Of a stretch of DNA of 64,000 bases, positions 33,982 to 46,999 are shown piece after piece. The notes under the pieces were generated by a model that was given only the letters and a program-made list of their open reading frames with translations, was not told where the DNA came from and made no database searches. Both the position numbers and the translations under genes were made by a program. How positions within the stretch are numbered: the first letter of the stretch is position 1; every line of letters starts with the position of its first letter. The stretch is from Macrostomum hystrix (Eukaryota; Animalia; Platyhelminthes), in the NCBI GenBank assembly GCA_950097015.1, contig CATNEN010000001.1:11842001-11906000 (forward strand). Direction: 5' to 3'.

Positions 33982-34195
33982 AGTCTGGTTGCCTAGAGTT
34001 ATAGCGTCGGACTCACGACCTGAAGGTGTGGGATTTAATTTACAACTACACTGGAAAAATTGTAAACTTTAGCATGGCGCTTAGCTCTGCATCGCTTTAG
34101 TTTACCCAGCTGTTGAATTGGTTCAGCATCAGCTGTGGTGATTGAGGGAGGGTTAGGCGCCCCCCCCAGTCCATGGACTGAACAGCCGTACGTCA
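33982..34195 (+). mobile_element. Degenerate tRNA-derived CORE-like SINE (family B)
   Basis: TGGTTGCCTAGAG A-box-like start, ACACTGGAAAAATT..CTCTGCATCGCTTTAGTTTACCCAGCTG core and CCAGTCCATGGACTG tail. Shared with 43336-43826, with tail fragments near 50967 and 58982. Confidence 0.55.
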
Positions 34196-34749
34196 GATAC
34201 GTCACGTAATTTCTGCGGTGTAATCATTTTTTGTTTTCGCTCACTGAGGCTTCACTCCTGACATTTCTCTTCAGTTGTTTGAATGTTTTCATTTGAACTG
34301 AATTTTTCAGGAGTTCAAATTTTGCACTCAAATGTGTATTTTTCCTTGATCTCTTTTAAATATCGACTCTGTCAAAGTTATTTTGTCATTCTAATTTTCT
34401 TTTGATTGCAGTTTGCGCGTTTCATTGAAGTACAACGCTGTAGCTAGGGAAAATGGATCTCAATCAAGCTATGAAGATTCAGTAGTCTAAGAAATACTCA
34501 TTTTCAGGCAAACAGTCCTCGCCTTGACTGACCATGGCTTGGTTTAACATTGGCCGTTGATTGATGCACTAGCCAAAGTACAGAGGGGAATAATTATTTA
34601 GTTGTTAATTGAAGCTCAGGATAAATTTAGCTAGACCCACTTCTGCTCACACATTATTATACAACTATTTAAGTGTTCTGCAGACTTAAGGCTTAAGCTA
34701 GACAGGCAAAGTACATTATCCCGACACTTCTGTGTACGTCCGTTAGTTG

Positions 34750-35335
34750 TGGAGTCTACCTGTTAGATGTGTAGTCTACCTGTTAGATGTGGAGTCTACC
34801 TATTAGATTTGGAGTCTACCTGTTAGATTTGGAGTCTACCTGTTAGATATGGAGTCTACTTGTTAGATATGGAGTCTAACTGTTTATTTTATTTGCAGGA
34901 GGGCTGCGGGAAATGGCGCATCATTTGGTGACACTAGACCCGCAGCCAGGGAGGAGGCAGTTCTGCCCGATTCGCTGATTCCCGAGCACTCACGCACTTA
35001 GAGACCGTACGCAGGCACACGCTCACACAGGTGTGTACATCTGCCCTGACTTTCTCATCGCCAGGCAGTTTACACTTCACTTTGCCTTGGAGGTTGGCCC
35101 TCGAGGGCGTAAATTGCACGACAAGCCCCGAAGCCTTCTCTCTGCGGCTTCGCCTCGAATGAATGTGGCCTCGCCGCGGAATTTAGGGACCTTGGTGCGA
35201 GAGGCAAACGCGTTAACCGCTCTGCCACCGACCCTCCTGGTTGATCTAACTGTTAGATATGGTGTTTAACTGTTAGATATGGCGTCTACATGTTAGATAA
35301 TAGTGTTAAAATGTAAGATATGGTGTCTGTTAGAT
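34750..35335. repeat. 20-bp minisatellite (GAGTCTACCTGTTAGAT.TG) split by a SINE insertion
   Basis: Units at 34750-34883 resume in degenerate form at 35240-35335. Confidence 0.8.
34884..35236 (-). mobile_element. SINE family A
   Basis: Colinear with the other copies. Confidence 0.9.
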
Positions 35336-37494
35336 GTTCTGCTATGACGTGTAATGCAAAAAGCTTACACACACTTACGCCTATTACATTATTCCGCCTA
35401 CTTTACCTAGCTTTCGTCTATGAGTACGCTATCGTTGGATACGTGCATATATAGTATGCGTGTACTATGCTATTTGTGTCAAGTATGCACTTTATGTTAA
35501 ATGAAAAAGTTAGCTGAAGCATCCCAGATTTATTGTGATAATTACGAGTACAGTTTAGCACGGAATATTTGGCAAACAGGAACAATCCATTCTAGAAAAT
35601 CTGGCATTGGAAGAACAATGGAGCCTGTTAGCGGAATGTGAGTTTCAACTGGATCAGCTAGTCCACTCCAGAAAATTTGTGTCCGCTCAATGGTCATTAG
35701 TTAGAGCTTGTGACGAACTGTACTGGTTGCCAATGTATTGAATACAATAAATAAGAGCCCATTAATTAAGCTAATCGGTTTTTCTCTCGCGATGTGTACT
35801 CGGGGGTAGTTATACTACAGTGGTCCTTGAGCTAAACTTGATTTATTCCATCCCGCTTTATTTACATTGTGTGAATACAATAAGCAGTTTCCAATAGCAA
35901 CCGGAAATCAAATATTAGCTTCTTCAATTTTGTATTAACGTGGTTTGGTTACAGAGATTTTTTTATAACTTCGGGATTAAGCCGCCATGCTGATGAATTT
36001 TTGTTCTGGCGACACACTCATATTAATCATTATTTGTTTTGAAAATGAACCCTTCATTTTAGCGATCGTGTAAGCGATTAAATTCGTATCGAGCTTTGAG
36101 ATATGTAAAGATGATTAGACTATTCTCGAAAAAATGCATTGAGACTAAGTAAATGCATCTATATCTAGTGGCCACAATTGTCCAAGGGCATTTAGAAATG
36201 CGCATTAGCCCTTAATTTCGAAATGGAATCGCGAAGTTTGTATTAAATTTTCACTAGTAAGCAAAAAAATGTAAAAAGCCCTATCAAAATAAAAAAGGAT
36301 CATGTAAAAACACAAAATGCTCTAATCTTTGAGTTTCGTAGCCAACAAAAAAATTTATTGCGTTAATTACTACGTAAACTCTCGCAAAATTTCGTTTAGA
36401 AAGGCTATAACAAAACTATAAATTCTGCAAACAGTTAAAGCCAAAAACTAGGAGTCAAAATGATAGAGAAAAACGTTATAACATGTATTAACCAGTTTTT
36501 TAGAACAAACAAGCATTTGATTGAGTCAATATTGTTTGGTCGTGTTACATTATTGTGTCTTAACATTTGGAAAATTTCCTAGAATTTCTAAAATGACTTA
36601 AAAAGCGGACTTGCAGACAGCCACAATTGTTTAATCATAGTAATTTATTGTTGCTTTCTATGTGTTCAGCAAAAATGATGTTATATTCTAACAGCAAACA
36701 ATTAGCTTTTCAACAAATGACTAATGTTTGGTTCTAATGTACATTATGAACGTAACACGTAAGAGTTAGACAGCTAAACAGCTAAAACTTTGTCTTTAGT
36801 TCAGTTTTAGTTAGTGTAAAATTATCATTGATATGAATTTGAATATACTTTTGTTAAAGTTTTACACTACTAATACAGCTTAGATGCACAATAACGACAT
36901 GAAAAATATTAAGTCATTAAAGTTACAAAATAGTTTTATCTACCGATTTCAGGTAAGCTTTGCTAGATCCTAGCTAAATACGCCAAAAGTCGATTTCCTG
37001 TAAATTATTTCTTTATACAGTGGTTTAGTTTCTCGTTATTAAAAAAACTAATCTTATACATGGCTTTGTTTGTGCAAGAAAACATTTCCTCGCGTACAAT
37101 ATCAATAGGTAGGAAACAAAAAAATGATATAATGGTTGTACTTTTATTTTCTGAAATTTGTCTTACTAGCCCAGGTTAAGTAAAGTTTAATTGCATTTAT
37201 TGTTTTATACCTGAATATTTTAAGATTTTGAAATGCAAATGATTATAAAAGGCTGTAAAGTTGAATTTGTTAGTTTTGTAAAAATGTATTTTAATGCTTT
37301 AATAGCAAAATAATTTATTTATATTTTGTTAGCCTATTAGCATGTTCATTTTTTTCTTTATTCCAGAAAAATCTAATCTTGCTAATGTGAAACACCAAGA
37401 AGCCAGTCATCTGCTTGAATAAATTTTTTATCACGGAAAGCCACAAAGGAACAGTATTAAATAGCATTGGACCATTAGATCTAGGTCAGCAGAA

Positions 37495-40400
37495 ATGTCA
37501 CAGGATAAACCACTGTGCCCCCGCCTACTGGACTATGTTGTGCTCATTGGTACTCACCTGCCACCAGCGCGACAGAATTCGCTGAGCCAGACACCTGAGC
37601 TACTGCGCCGCTATCCTCCAACAGATCATCGCGACTTCAGTTTGCCACCAGATGTGGCATTCTTCTGCCAGCCGGAGGGCTGCCTAGCACTCGGTCGTCG
37701 TCGGCGTACCGGGGTTCGCGACAGCAGCACCTTTGTGTTCACCCTGACTGAGAAAGATTCCGGCTTAGTTCGTTATGGCGTTTGTTTAAATTTTTATCGT
37801 ACAGTGGATCGCAGGTGGGTGCCATTGGATTCTAGTCAATTGTCGACCCCGCCATCACCAATGAATCAGCAGCAGCAGCAGCGACTGTCCCAGCCTCGTC
37901 GACCACAACGATTGCGCAATCACTTACTAACCAGTCTCTGCATTGTCAGCCATCATCCGTTCTTTTCTAAATTTCGCGAATGTCTGCAGGTTCTGAGAAG
38001 AATCATTGATTGCTGCAGTGAGCGGTGCGCGAACAGCGCCAGAACACCCAACCGGTGAGTTTCGAGGCCGAGCTTCTGCTTCCTACAGCTTTTAGTTGGG
38101 CTTATTAAGAATATTTTCTCAACTGTTTCCAGTTTGTCTCATCAGTAGGCCTGGCTAAGGAATTCATTTTTTACTATCCTTGTTTTTTTCACCCGTCGGA
38201 CCGTTATCTTACCTGTCGGATTGTTCTTTTACCTGTCGGACTGTTATTTCATCTTTCCAACTGATATTTCACCTGTCGAACTGGTATTTCAACTGTCGAA
38301 CTGGTATTTCACCTGTCCAACTGGTATTTCACCTGTCCAACTGGTATTTCACCTGTCGAACTGGTATTTCACCTGTCCAACTGGTATTTCACCTGTCCAA
38401 CTGGTATTTCACCTGTCCAACTGGTATTTCACCTGTCGAATTGGTATTTCACCTGTCGGACAGTTCTTTCACCTGTTGGAGTGTTATTTTATCTTTAAGA
38501 CAGCTATTTCACCGGTTTTAGTCACTTTATTCCTGTATGCTTATTTTAGTGAATTTGTGTTCTTTTTACATCGGTATAAAGAAAACAAAGCTAAACAAAC
38601 TAAATTTCCTTACCGCAGTGAGACAGTCTGGTCCGTGCTCACAGGTCTGCATCCCGACTGCTCCAGCGCGTTGATACTGCGAGACGTGCGCGAAATTGAG
38701 ACCTGGATTCTCCGCCTACTCAGCGCCCCTGTGCCTGTGCCGGGCAAAACCAAATTGCAGGTTAGCTGTGATTGCTGTTCTAAATTTATCCTCATTTATC
38801 CTCTAAATTTTCCTGCCTCCAAAAACACCATAAAGAAAACGCAAATTAAACGACCCTCCGCCGCCACTTTGCGCAGCTGACGGTGCTGCCGGAGTCAGAT
38901 TATCCGCCGCTTCTGTTCGCCCTGCCTGACCGAAGCCGCCTGTCATTGGCCGACTTTCCACTGCACCTGCCGCTGGAACTGCTTGGCGTTGACACTTGCC
39001 TGCAGGTATGGGATATGGCATGTCCTCAACTTGACGGGATTTAGTAGCCTCACTTTATATCTTTAAATATTTAAATTAGGGATATTATAATTATTCGCGA
39101 TCCTCAATGTTTTTATTGTAGAAATGTTAAATTCCGAATTTGGGATATTTATTATCTTAAATCGTCATTTTGGGAAAGTTGTTATCCTTGATCCTCAATT
39201 AAAGATATTTTTTATTATAGATCCTCAATTCGGGATAATTATCGTCTTAGATCCTCAATTTGGGATATTTATTATTATAGATCCTCGATTTGGGATATTT
39301 TTTATTATAGATCCTAAAGTTGGGATATTTGTTATATTCAATCCTCAATTTGGTATATTTGTTATATTCAATCCTCAATTAAAGATATTTTTTATTATAG
39401 ATCCTCAATTCGGGATAATTATCGTCTTAGATCCTCAATTTGGGATATTTATTATTATAGATCCTCAATTTGGGATGTTTTTTATTATAGATCCTAAAGT
39501 TGGGATATTTGTTATATTCAATCCTCAATTTGGTATATTTGTTATATTCAATCCTCAATTTGGGATGTTTTTTATTATAGATCCTCAATTTGGGATATTT
39601 TTAATATTAGATCCTAAAGTTGGGATATTTGTTATATTCAATCCTCAATTTGGTATATTTGTTATATTCAATCCTCAATTTGGGATGTTTTTTATTATAG
39701 ATCCTCAATTTGGGATATTTTTAATATTAGATCCTAAAGTTGGGATATTTGTTATATTCAATCCTCAATTTGGTATATTTGTTATATTCAATCCTCAATT
39801 TGGTATATTTGTTATATTCAATCCTCAATTTGGGATATTTGTTATATTCAATCCTTAATTTGGTATATTTGTTATATTCAATCCTTAATTTGGTATATTT
39901 GTTATATTCAATCCTCAATTTGGTATATTTGTTATATTCAATCCTCAATTTGGTATATTTGTTATATTCTATCCTCAATTTGGTATATTTGTTATATTCA
40001 ATCCTCAATTTGGGATATTTGTTATATTCAATCCTCAATTTGGGATATTTGTTATATTCAATCCTTAATTTGGTATATTTGTTATATTCAATCCTTAAAT
40101 TGGTATATTTGTTATATTCAATCCTCAATTTGGTATACTTGTTATATTCAATCCTCAATTTGGTATATTTGTTATATTCAATCCTCAATTTGGGATATTT
40201 GTTATATTCAATCCTCAATTTGGGATATTTGTTATATTCAATCCTCAATTTGGGATATTTGTTATATTCAATCCTCAATTTGGGATATTTGTTATATTCA
40301 ATCCTTAATTTGGTATATTTGTTATATTCAATCCTCAATTTGGTATATTTGTTATATTCAATCGTTAATTTGGTATATTTGTTATATTCAATCCTCAATT

Positions 40401-43400
40401 TGGGATATTTGTTATATTCTATCCTCAATTTGGGATATTTGTTATATTCTATCCTCAATTTGGGATATTTGTTATATTCTATCCTCAATTTGGGATATTT
40501 GTTATATTCTATCCTCAATTTGGTATATTTGTTATATTCAATCGTTAATTTGGTATATTTGTTATATTCAATCCTTAAATTGGTATATTTGTTATATTCA
40601 ATCCTCAATTTGGTATATTTGTTATATTCAATCCTTAATTTGGTATATTTGTTATATTCAATCGTTAATTTGGTATATTTGTTATATTCAATCCTCAATT
40701 TGGTATATTTGTTATATTCAATCCTCAATTTGGTATATTTGTTATATTCAATCCTTAATTTGGTATATTTGTTATATTCAATCCTTAATTTGGTATATTT
40801 GTTATATTCAATCCTCAATTTGGTATATTTGTTATATTCAATCGTTAATTTGGTATATTTGTTATATTCAATCCTTTATTTGGTATATTTGTTATATTCA
40901 ATCGTTAATTTGGTATATTTGTTATATTCTATCCTCAATTTGGTATATTTGTTATATTCAATCGTTAATTTGGTATATTTGTTATATTCAATCCTTAAAT
41001 TGGTATATTTGTTATATTCAATCGTTAATTTGGTATATTTGTTATATTCAATCCTTAAATTGGTATATTTGTTATATTCAATCCTTAATTTGGTATATTT
41101 GTTATATTCAATCGTTAATTTGGTATATTTTTTATATTCGATCCTCCATTAAGGAAAATGGATATCAACGATACTTCAAAATCCTCATTTTAGATACTCG
41201 ATATTCATGACGATATAAAATGAACCTTAGGACAGTTATTATTGACAAAAGATTCTCAAATTATGACAATTGATAATACATGATTTTCAGAACAATATAT
41301 ATCCAAATTCATTTCTAGGTTCTCACCTGCATCATACTAGAGAACAAAGTTCTGCTGCAATCTAGAGATGAGAACGCCCTCACAATGAGTGTCCTAGCAT
41401 TCGTTGCCATGCTGTATCCGATGCAGTACATGTTCCCAGTCATACCGCTGCTACCCACCTGCATGGCTTCTGCCGAGCAACTGTTGCTGGCCCCAACTCC
41501 CTACATCATCGGCGTGCCTGCCAGCTTCCTTCTGTACAAGAAGAACTTCTGTCTGCCAGCCGATGTCTGGCTGGTGGATCTGGATGCCAACAAGGTTAGC
41601 TGATTCTGGGGTGTTTGATGGTCTCGTGAAACCAACCCGAAGTGCTGTTACAGTATATTTATAATTATTATACTTGTAATTGCAGGAGGGCTGCGGGCAA
41701 TGGCACATCATTTAGTGACACTAGACTAAATTATTCTGCCCATTTCGCTGACTCCTGAGCACACACGCACACAGATACTGTACGCAGGCACACGCTCACA
41801 CAGGTGTGTACATCTGCCCTGACTTTCTCATCGTCAGGCAGTGTACACTCTCACTGTGCCTTGGAGGTTGGCCCTCACGGGCATAAATTGCACGACAAGC
41901 CCCGAAGCCTTCTCTCCGCGGCTGCGCCCCAAACTAATGTGGTCTCGCCGCGGAGTCGAACTTAGGGACCTTGGTGCGAGAGGCAAACGCGTTTACCGCT
42001 CTGCCACCGACCCCCTATCGCCACGTTAGTATTTTTTTATTCCTAGATCCTCATTTAAGGTTTTTAGATTACAACATCCTCACTTAGGGATTTTTTAGGT
42101 TTTTAGACACGATACTTATTTTGAAATTTTTATATTCCCTGTACTCGATCTCTTTTTTGGATTTTTAGATCCACAGTTTGTGTTTTTTAACAGTAGAACT
42201 ACCAAGGGGGGGGAATTCCCCCCCCTGACAATTTGTTTTGCTGCACCCGAACGGAACAATGCAAGCACACGAAACTCAAGAGCACGGGCCAAATTTTTGT
42301 TGCGCATCTTCTGAAACAAGAAACAAGTCGCCGGCTCTTCAGACCGTCGAGATATTCAATTGTTCTGGCCGAAGGTCTGATTTTTCCCATAAGAGCTAGT
42401 GTATTTCATACACCCCTATACACGAATTTGCACTGCGCCTCAGTGCGGCCTTTCCAGACCTTCAAACTTTATCAGCATGTCACCCGAATGTGCCTGCATC
42501 ATCTCTGACTTCAGTGGTCACCTACCTTCATCTAGACTGAGCTGATGGACCTTCAACAAGTAATAGTTGAGTTTAGGCCAATATCGAGGCTTTATCAGCG
42601 AAACTAGAAAAATTCGCTTTTGGGACTCCATAGCCAGTTGGAGGCACTCTGCTGACGGTGCAGACGGCGTCGGGTGGTGACTGATTAGTTGACAGACTTG
42701 GCGAAGGTCCTGTGGTTCACCATTGTCCCATATTGAGGCTTGATCAGCGAAATGGGAGAAATTTGCATCAGGGTGTCCATATTCGGCTGGTGCCACTTGT
42801 TGAAGGTCCAGCAGATCCGTCTCGATAAAGGCCAGTGACCACCGAAGTCGGAGACGCATTCCAGATGACTAAATTAAAATAAAAACTATTGACTTGAAAA
42901 GTTGAGACTCTTGATATATTGCTCATATATCCAGTAATGTAGACAGTCGTTATCAGACTTGCATTCAAAGGACCGCTGCCGCTTCCTATATTCCAATAAG
43001 TCACTTTGAAATCTGAGACGGGAAATCGGCGGAATTCACTGAAATTCTAGCGAATCTCATCGGCGAACGTCGAAGCGAATTTAGTCTGTGAAATCTGAGA
43101 CAAAATTCTCTCTCTAAACTAAATTTCCCCGAAAGAGAGGATTTTTATGCGCTTGAAAATCTTTTTAGAAGATTGTCTTGAAACGATTGTCGACAAAAGA
43201 ATCAACTTTCATGAAAGCAGTTCTGTCAATTTCGCTGATAAATTAATATCTGCACTAGTTTTCTCATTGTCAGGCTTGACAAGGATTAACTTTGAGATTT
43301 AGAAATGAGTTTTAGCATTAGCTGACGTAAGTAGCCCCACCAGTCCGTGGACTGATCTGTTGTACGAATTGAAGGTTGGGGGTTCGATTCCCGACTCCAC

Positions 43401-46400
43401 ACTGGAAAAATTTGTGTCCTTTAGCGAGACACTTAACAGGGGGTCGGTGGCAGAGCGGTTATCGCGTTTGCCTCTCGCACCACGGTTCCTAAGCGGCGAG
43501 GCCACATTCATTTGGGGCGCAGGCGCAGCCGCGGAGAGAAGGCTTGTGGGCTTGTCGTGCAATTTAGGGCCAACCTCCAAGGCACAGTGAGAGTGTACAC
43601 TGCCTGACGATGAGAAAGTCAGGGCAGATGTACACACCTGTGTGAGCGTGTGCCTGCGTAAAGTATCTGTGTGCGTGTGTGCTCAGGAGTCAGCGAAATG
43701 GGCAGAATTGATTCCTCGCTGGCTGCGGGACTACTGTCACTAAATGATGTGCCATTGCCCGCAGCCCTCCTGCAATTATTATTATTATTAAGACAGTTAA
43801 CTCTGCATTGCTTCAGTTCACCCAAATGACTGTACATCTCTTCTTGGTGTCATTTCTACTATTCTAGATGAATAGATTAAATGGACGAGCCTAAGAAATA
43901 TATACTCAGTACTTGAAGGCTTTATAGTTGCTCGAGTTTAGTTGTACTTATATCAAGGCGAAATTCAACCATTCTCTCCCTTTTCTCCCCAAGTCCTGGT
44001 CCCATGGGGTCGAAGTTTTTTTTCCCGGTTTCGTTTTTTTATTCCAGTTTCTCTTCTCTTCCTTGACGCGCCGGTACGAAACAATTTTGGCAACCAGGCC
44101 TCAGGCTACGGAATCCGGATCTCATAAAAATTTATAGCCTATGGGGATATCAACTTTCGATTCGGAAAATAAAATAAAGGGAAACGTGTAGTGTTTGCTG
44201 AATATTGCGTTACGGCTTGGCCTACTCTGCTATATAAACTGGCGTGTTAGTGTATAGTACGAGTGTACGATATATTATAAGGCTTTCTGTTTGCTAATTC
44301 TCTCGTTCATTTCCGCTGACTGGCTCTCTCATTGCATCCCAGATTTGTCTTAAGCTACTAGGACTAAGAGTAATTAATCTTCTAGGAGAAGATAATCCAC
44401 AAGGCTTAGCGACGATAGAATTATTGTTCAATGCTTGAAAACTTGAAATATTTCAACCTTTCAGATTGTCTGTGCTCAGGATATGAGCAAGCTGCCGCCG
44501 CTGCCTGAACCTGAGGCTTCTCATTTAAGGAGCCACCTGCAACAGGTGAGATTACTGTTTACAATTCTGTGTCACAGTTCTGTGTGTCAAAGTTCTGTGT
44601 GTTACAGTTCTGTGTGTTACAGTTCTGTGTGTTACAGTTCTGTGTTACAGTTCTGTGTTACAGTTCTGTGTGTTACAGTTCTGTGTGTTACAGTTCTGTG
44701 TGTTACAGTTCTGTGTGTTACAGTTCTGTGTGTTACAGTTCTGTGTTACAGTTCTGTGTGTTACAGTTGAGTGTGTTACAGTTCTGTGTGTTACAGTTCT
44801 GTGTTACAGTTCTGTGTTACAGTTCTGTGTGTTACAGTTCTGTGTGTTACAGTTCTGTGTGTTACAGTTCTGTGTCACAGTTCTGTGTGTTACAGTTCTG
44901 TGTCACAGTTCTGTGTGTTACAGTTCTGTGTGTTACAGTTCTGTGTGTTACAGTTCTGTGTGTTACAGTTCTGTGTGTTACAGTTCTGTGTGTTACAGTT
45001 CTGTGTGTTACAGTTCTGTGTGTCACAGTTCTGTGTGTTACAGTTCTGTGTTACAGTTCTGTGTTACAGTTCTGTGTGTTACAGTTCTGTGTGTTACAGT
45101 TCTGTGTTACAGTTCTGTGTTACAGTTCTGTGTGTTACAGTTCTGTGTGTTACAGTTCTGTGTGTTACAGTTCTGTGTGTTACAGTTCTGTGTTACAGTT
45201 CTGTGTTACAGTTCTGTGTTACAGTTCTGTGTTACAGTTCTGTGTTACAGTTCTGTGTGTTACAGTTCTGTGTGTTACAGTTCTGTGTTAAAGTTCTGTG
45301 TGTTACAGTTCTGTGTGTTACAGTTCTGTGTTACAGTTCTGTGTTACAGTTCTGTGTGTTACAGTTCTGTGTTACAGTTCTGTGTTACAGTTCTGTGTTA
45401 CAGTTCTGTGTGTTACAGTTCTGTGTTACAGTTCTGTGTTACAGTTCTGTGTGTTACAGTTCTGTGTGTTACAGTTCTGTGTGTTACAGTTCTGTGTGTT
45501 ACAGTTCTGTGTGTTACAGTTCTGTGTGTTACAGTTCTGTGTGTTACAGTTCTGTGTTACAGTTCTGTGTTACAGTTCTGTGTGTTACAGTTGTGTGTTA
45601 CAGTTCTGTGTTACAGTTCTGTGTTACAGTTCTGTGTGTTACAGTTCTGTGTGTTACAGTTCTGTGTGTTACAGTTCTGTGTGTTACAGTTCTGTGTGTT
45701 ACAGTTCTGTGTGTTACAGTTCTGTGTTACAGTTCTGTGTGTTACAGTTCTGTGTGTTACAGTTCTGTGTGTTACAGTTCTGTGTTACAGTTCTGTGTGT
45801 TACAGTTCTGTGTGTTACAGTTCTGTGTTACAGTTCTGTGTTACAGTTCTGTTTTACAGTTCTGTGTAACGGTCCATTATTAAAAGTACTAATAATAACA
45901 GAAATATTGCCAACTATTTAATTATTCCAGTGCCTGCAGGTAACCGAAGTGCTCAATTATCTGAATAAATTTAATCGGAATCAGGTTTTCCTACTGTCAA
46001 ATCTGGTATTGGGAACAAGTCTTTTTTTTTTCGTTTTTCCTTCTATTTTTTAGCGTCCCTTGATGAGCGGTGGGTCAAATTAAGGAAAATTTATTTTCCC
46101 AAAAGTAGGGAAATTATAGGGGATAGACTCCTAGACTAGTCGGTGCTGTTGGAGTTAATTAAGTTAGACAGGGTGACAACACATTTGAAGGGACGTTTCT
46201 TGTGATGCAGAAAATGCATTTGTTTTTTTTGCTAAATAACAAACTTTATTCACATGGTGACAGAAGAAGCTGGTTAATCAGGATGTGTTTCATTTCATTT
46301 CAGATTTGTTTGGCACTGCTTTTTTCCCAGATTACATTCTTATGTACCAGCAAACTCATAAAGGCCTGTACTTTAGTAGATTGATAGTCATCTCTTGATA

Positions 46401-46949
46401 TATAATTATATATTTGCCCTGCTTCAGTTTTAAAAATGATTGGTCAGGAATGGTGTACACATAAAATACGATTTAGCTCGAATGTGATTGGTCAGGAAGG
46501 GTGTGTACATTATATATGATTTAGCTCGAATGTGATTGGTCAGGATTTGTCAACAGTTGAGTCATATTACTGATTGGTCGTTACATACATCGAAGGGTGC
46601 ATTTATATTGATGTGATTGGTCAGTAAGGCTTATATGCACATTGGATGTGATTGGTCAGTATGGGTATGTTTTTATTGGATGTGATTGGCCAAGAAAGGT
46701 GTGTGTACATTATATACGGTTTAGCTTGAATGTTATTGGTCAGGATTTTTCATCAGTTGATTCAATGGTGTGTTTACATTGGATGTGATTGGTCAGTAAG
46801 TGCTGAATGTACTTTCGGAGCAACTCTCACACGGCAGCTCATTCTGATGTCACTCTCTGCAGGCCCTGGCGAGTATGAGCATGGCCCAACCGCAGCCAAT
46901 CAAGAATTTGGATTCGGTCGTATCGCAGGATCCGGAATTCTGGATCAGA

Positions 46950-46999
<50 letters not shown>

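Noticed and set aside
39124-41152. Long ORFs ([10 protein letters not shown])n and ([10 protein letters not shown])n
   Set aside because: These are by-products of a 30-bp satellite inside a MADD intron bounded by clear splice sites.
43439-43500. tRNA genes at SINE heads (also 4360-4428 and 14205-14273)
   Set aside because: A/B boxes are present but there is no complete cloverleaf, and each continues into a SINE body with a tail and sometimes a TSD.
43591-43635. Hammerhead ribozyme in the SINE body (CTGACGA..GAAA..GTC)
   Set aside because: There is no room for stems II and III between the core motifs; the segment folds better as a simple hairpin.
44569-45921. Cys-rich ORFs in all three frames
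   Set aside because: The 13/15-bp satellite simply lacks stop codons; it is intronic.
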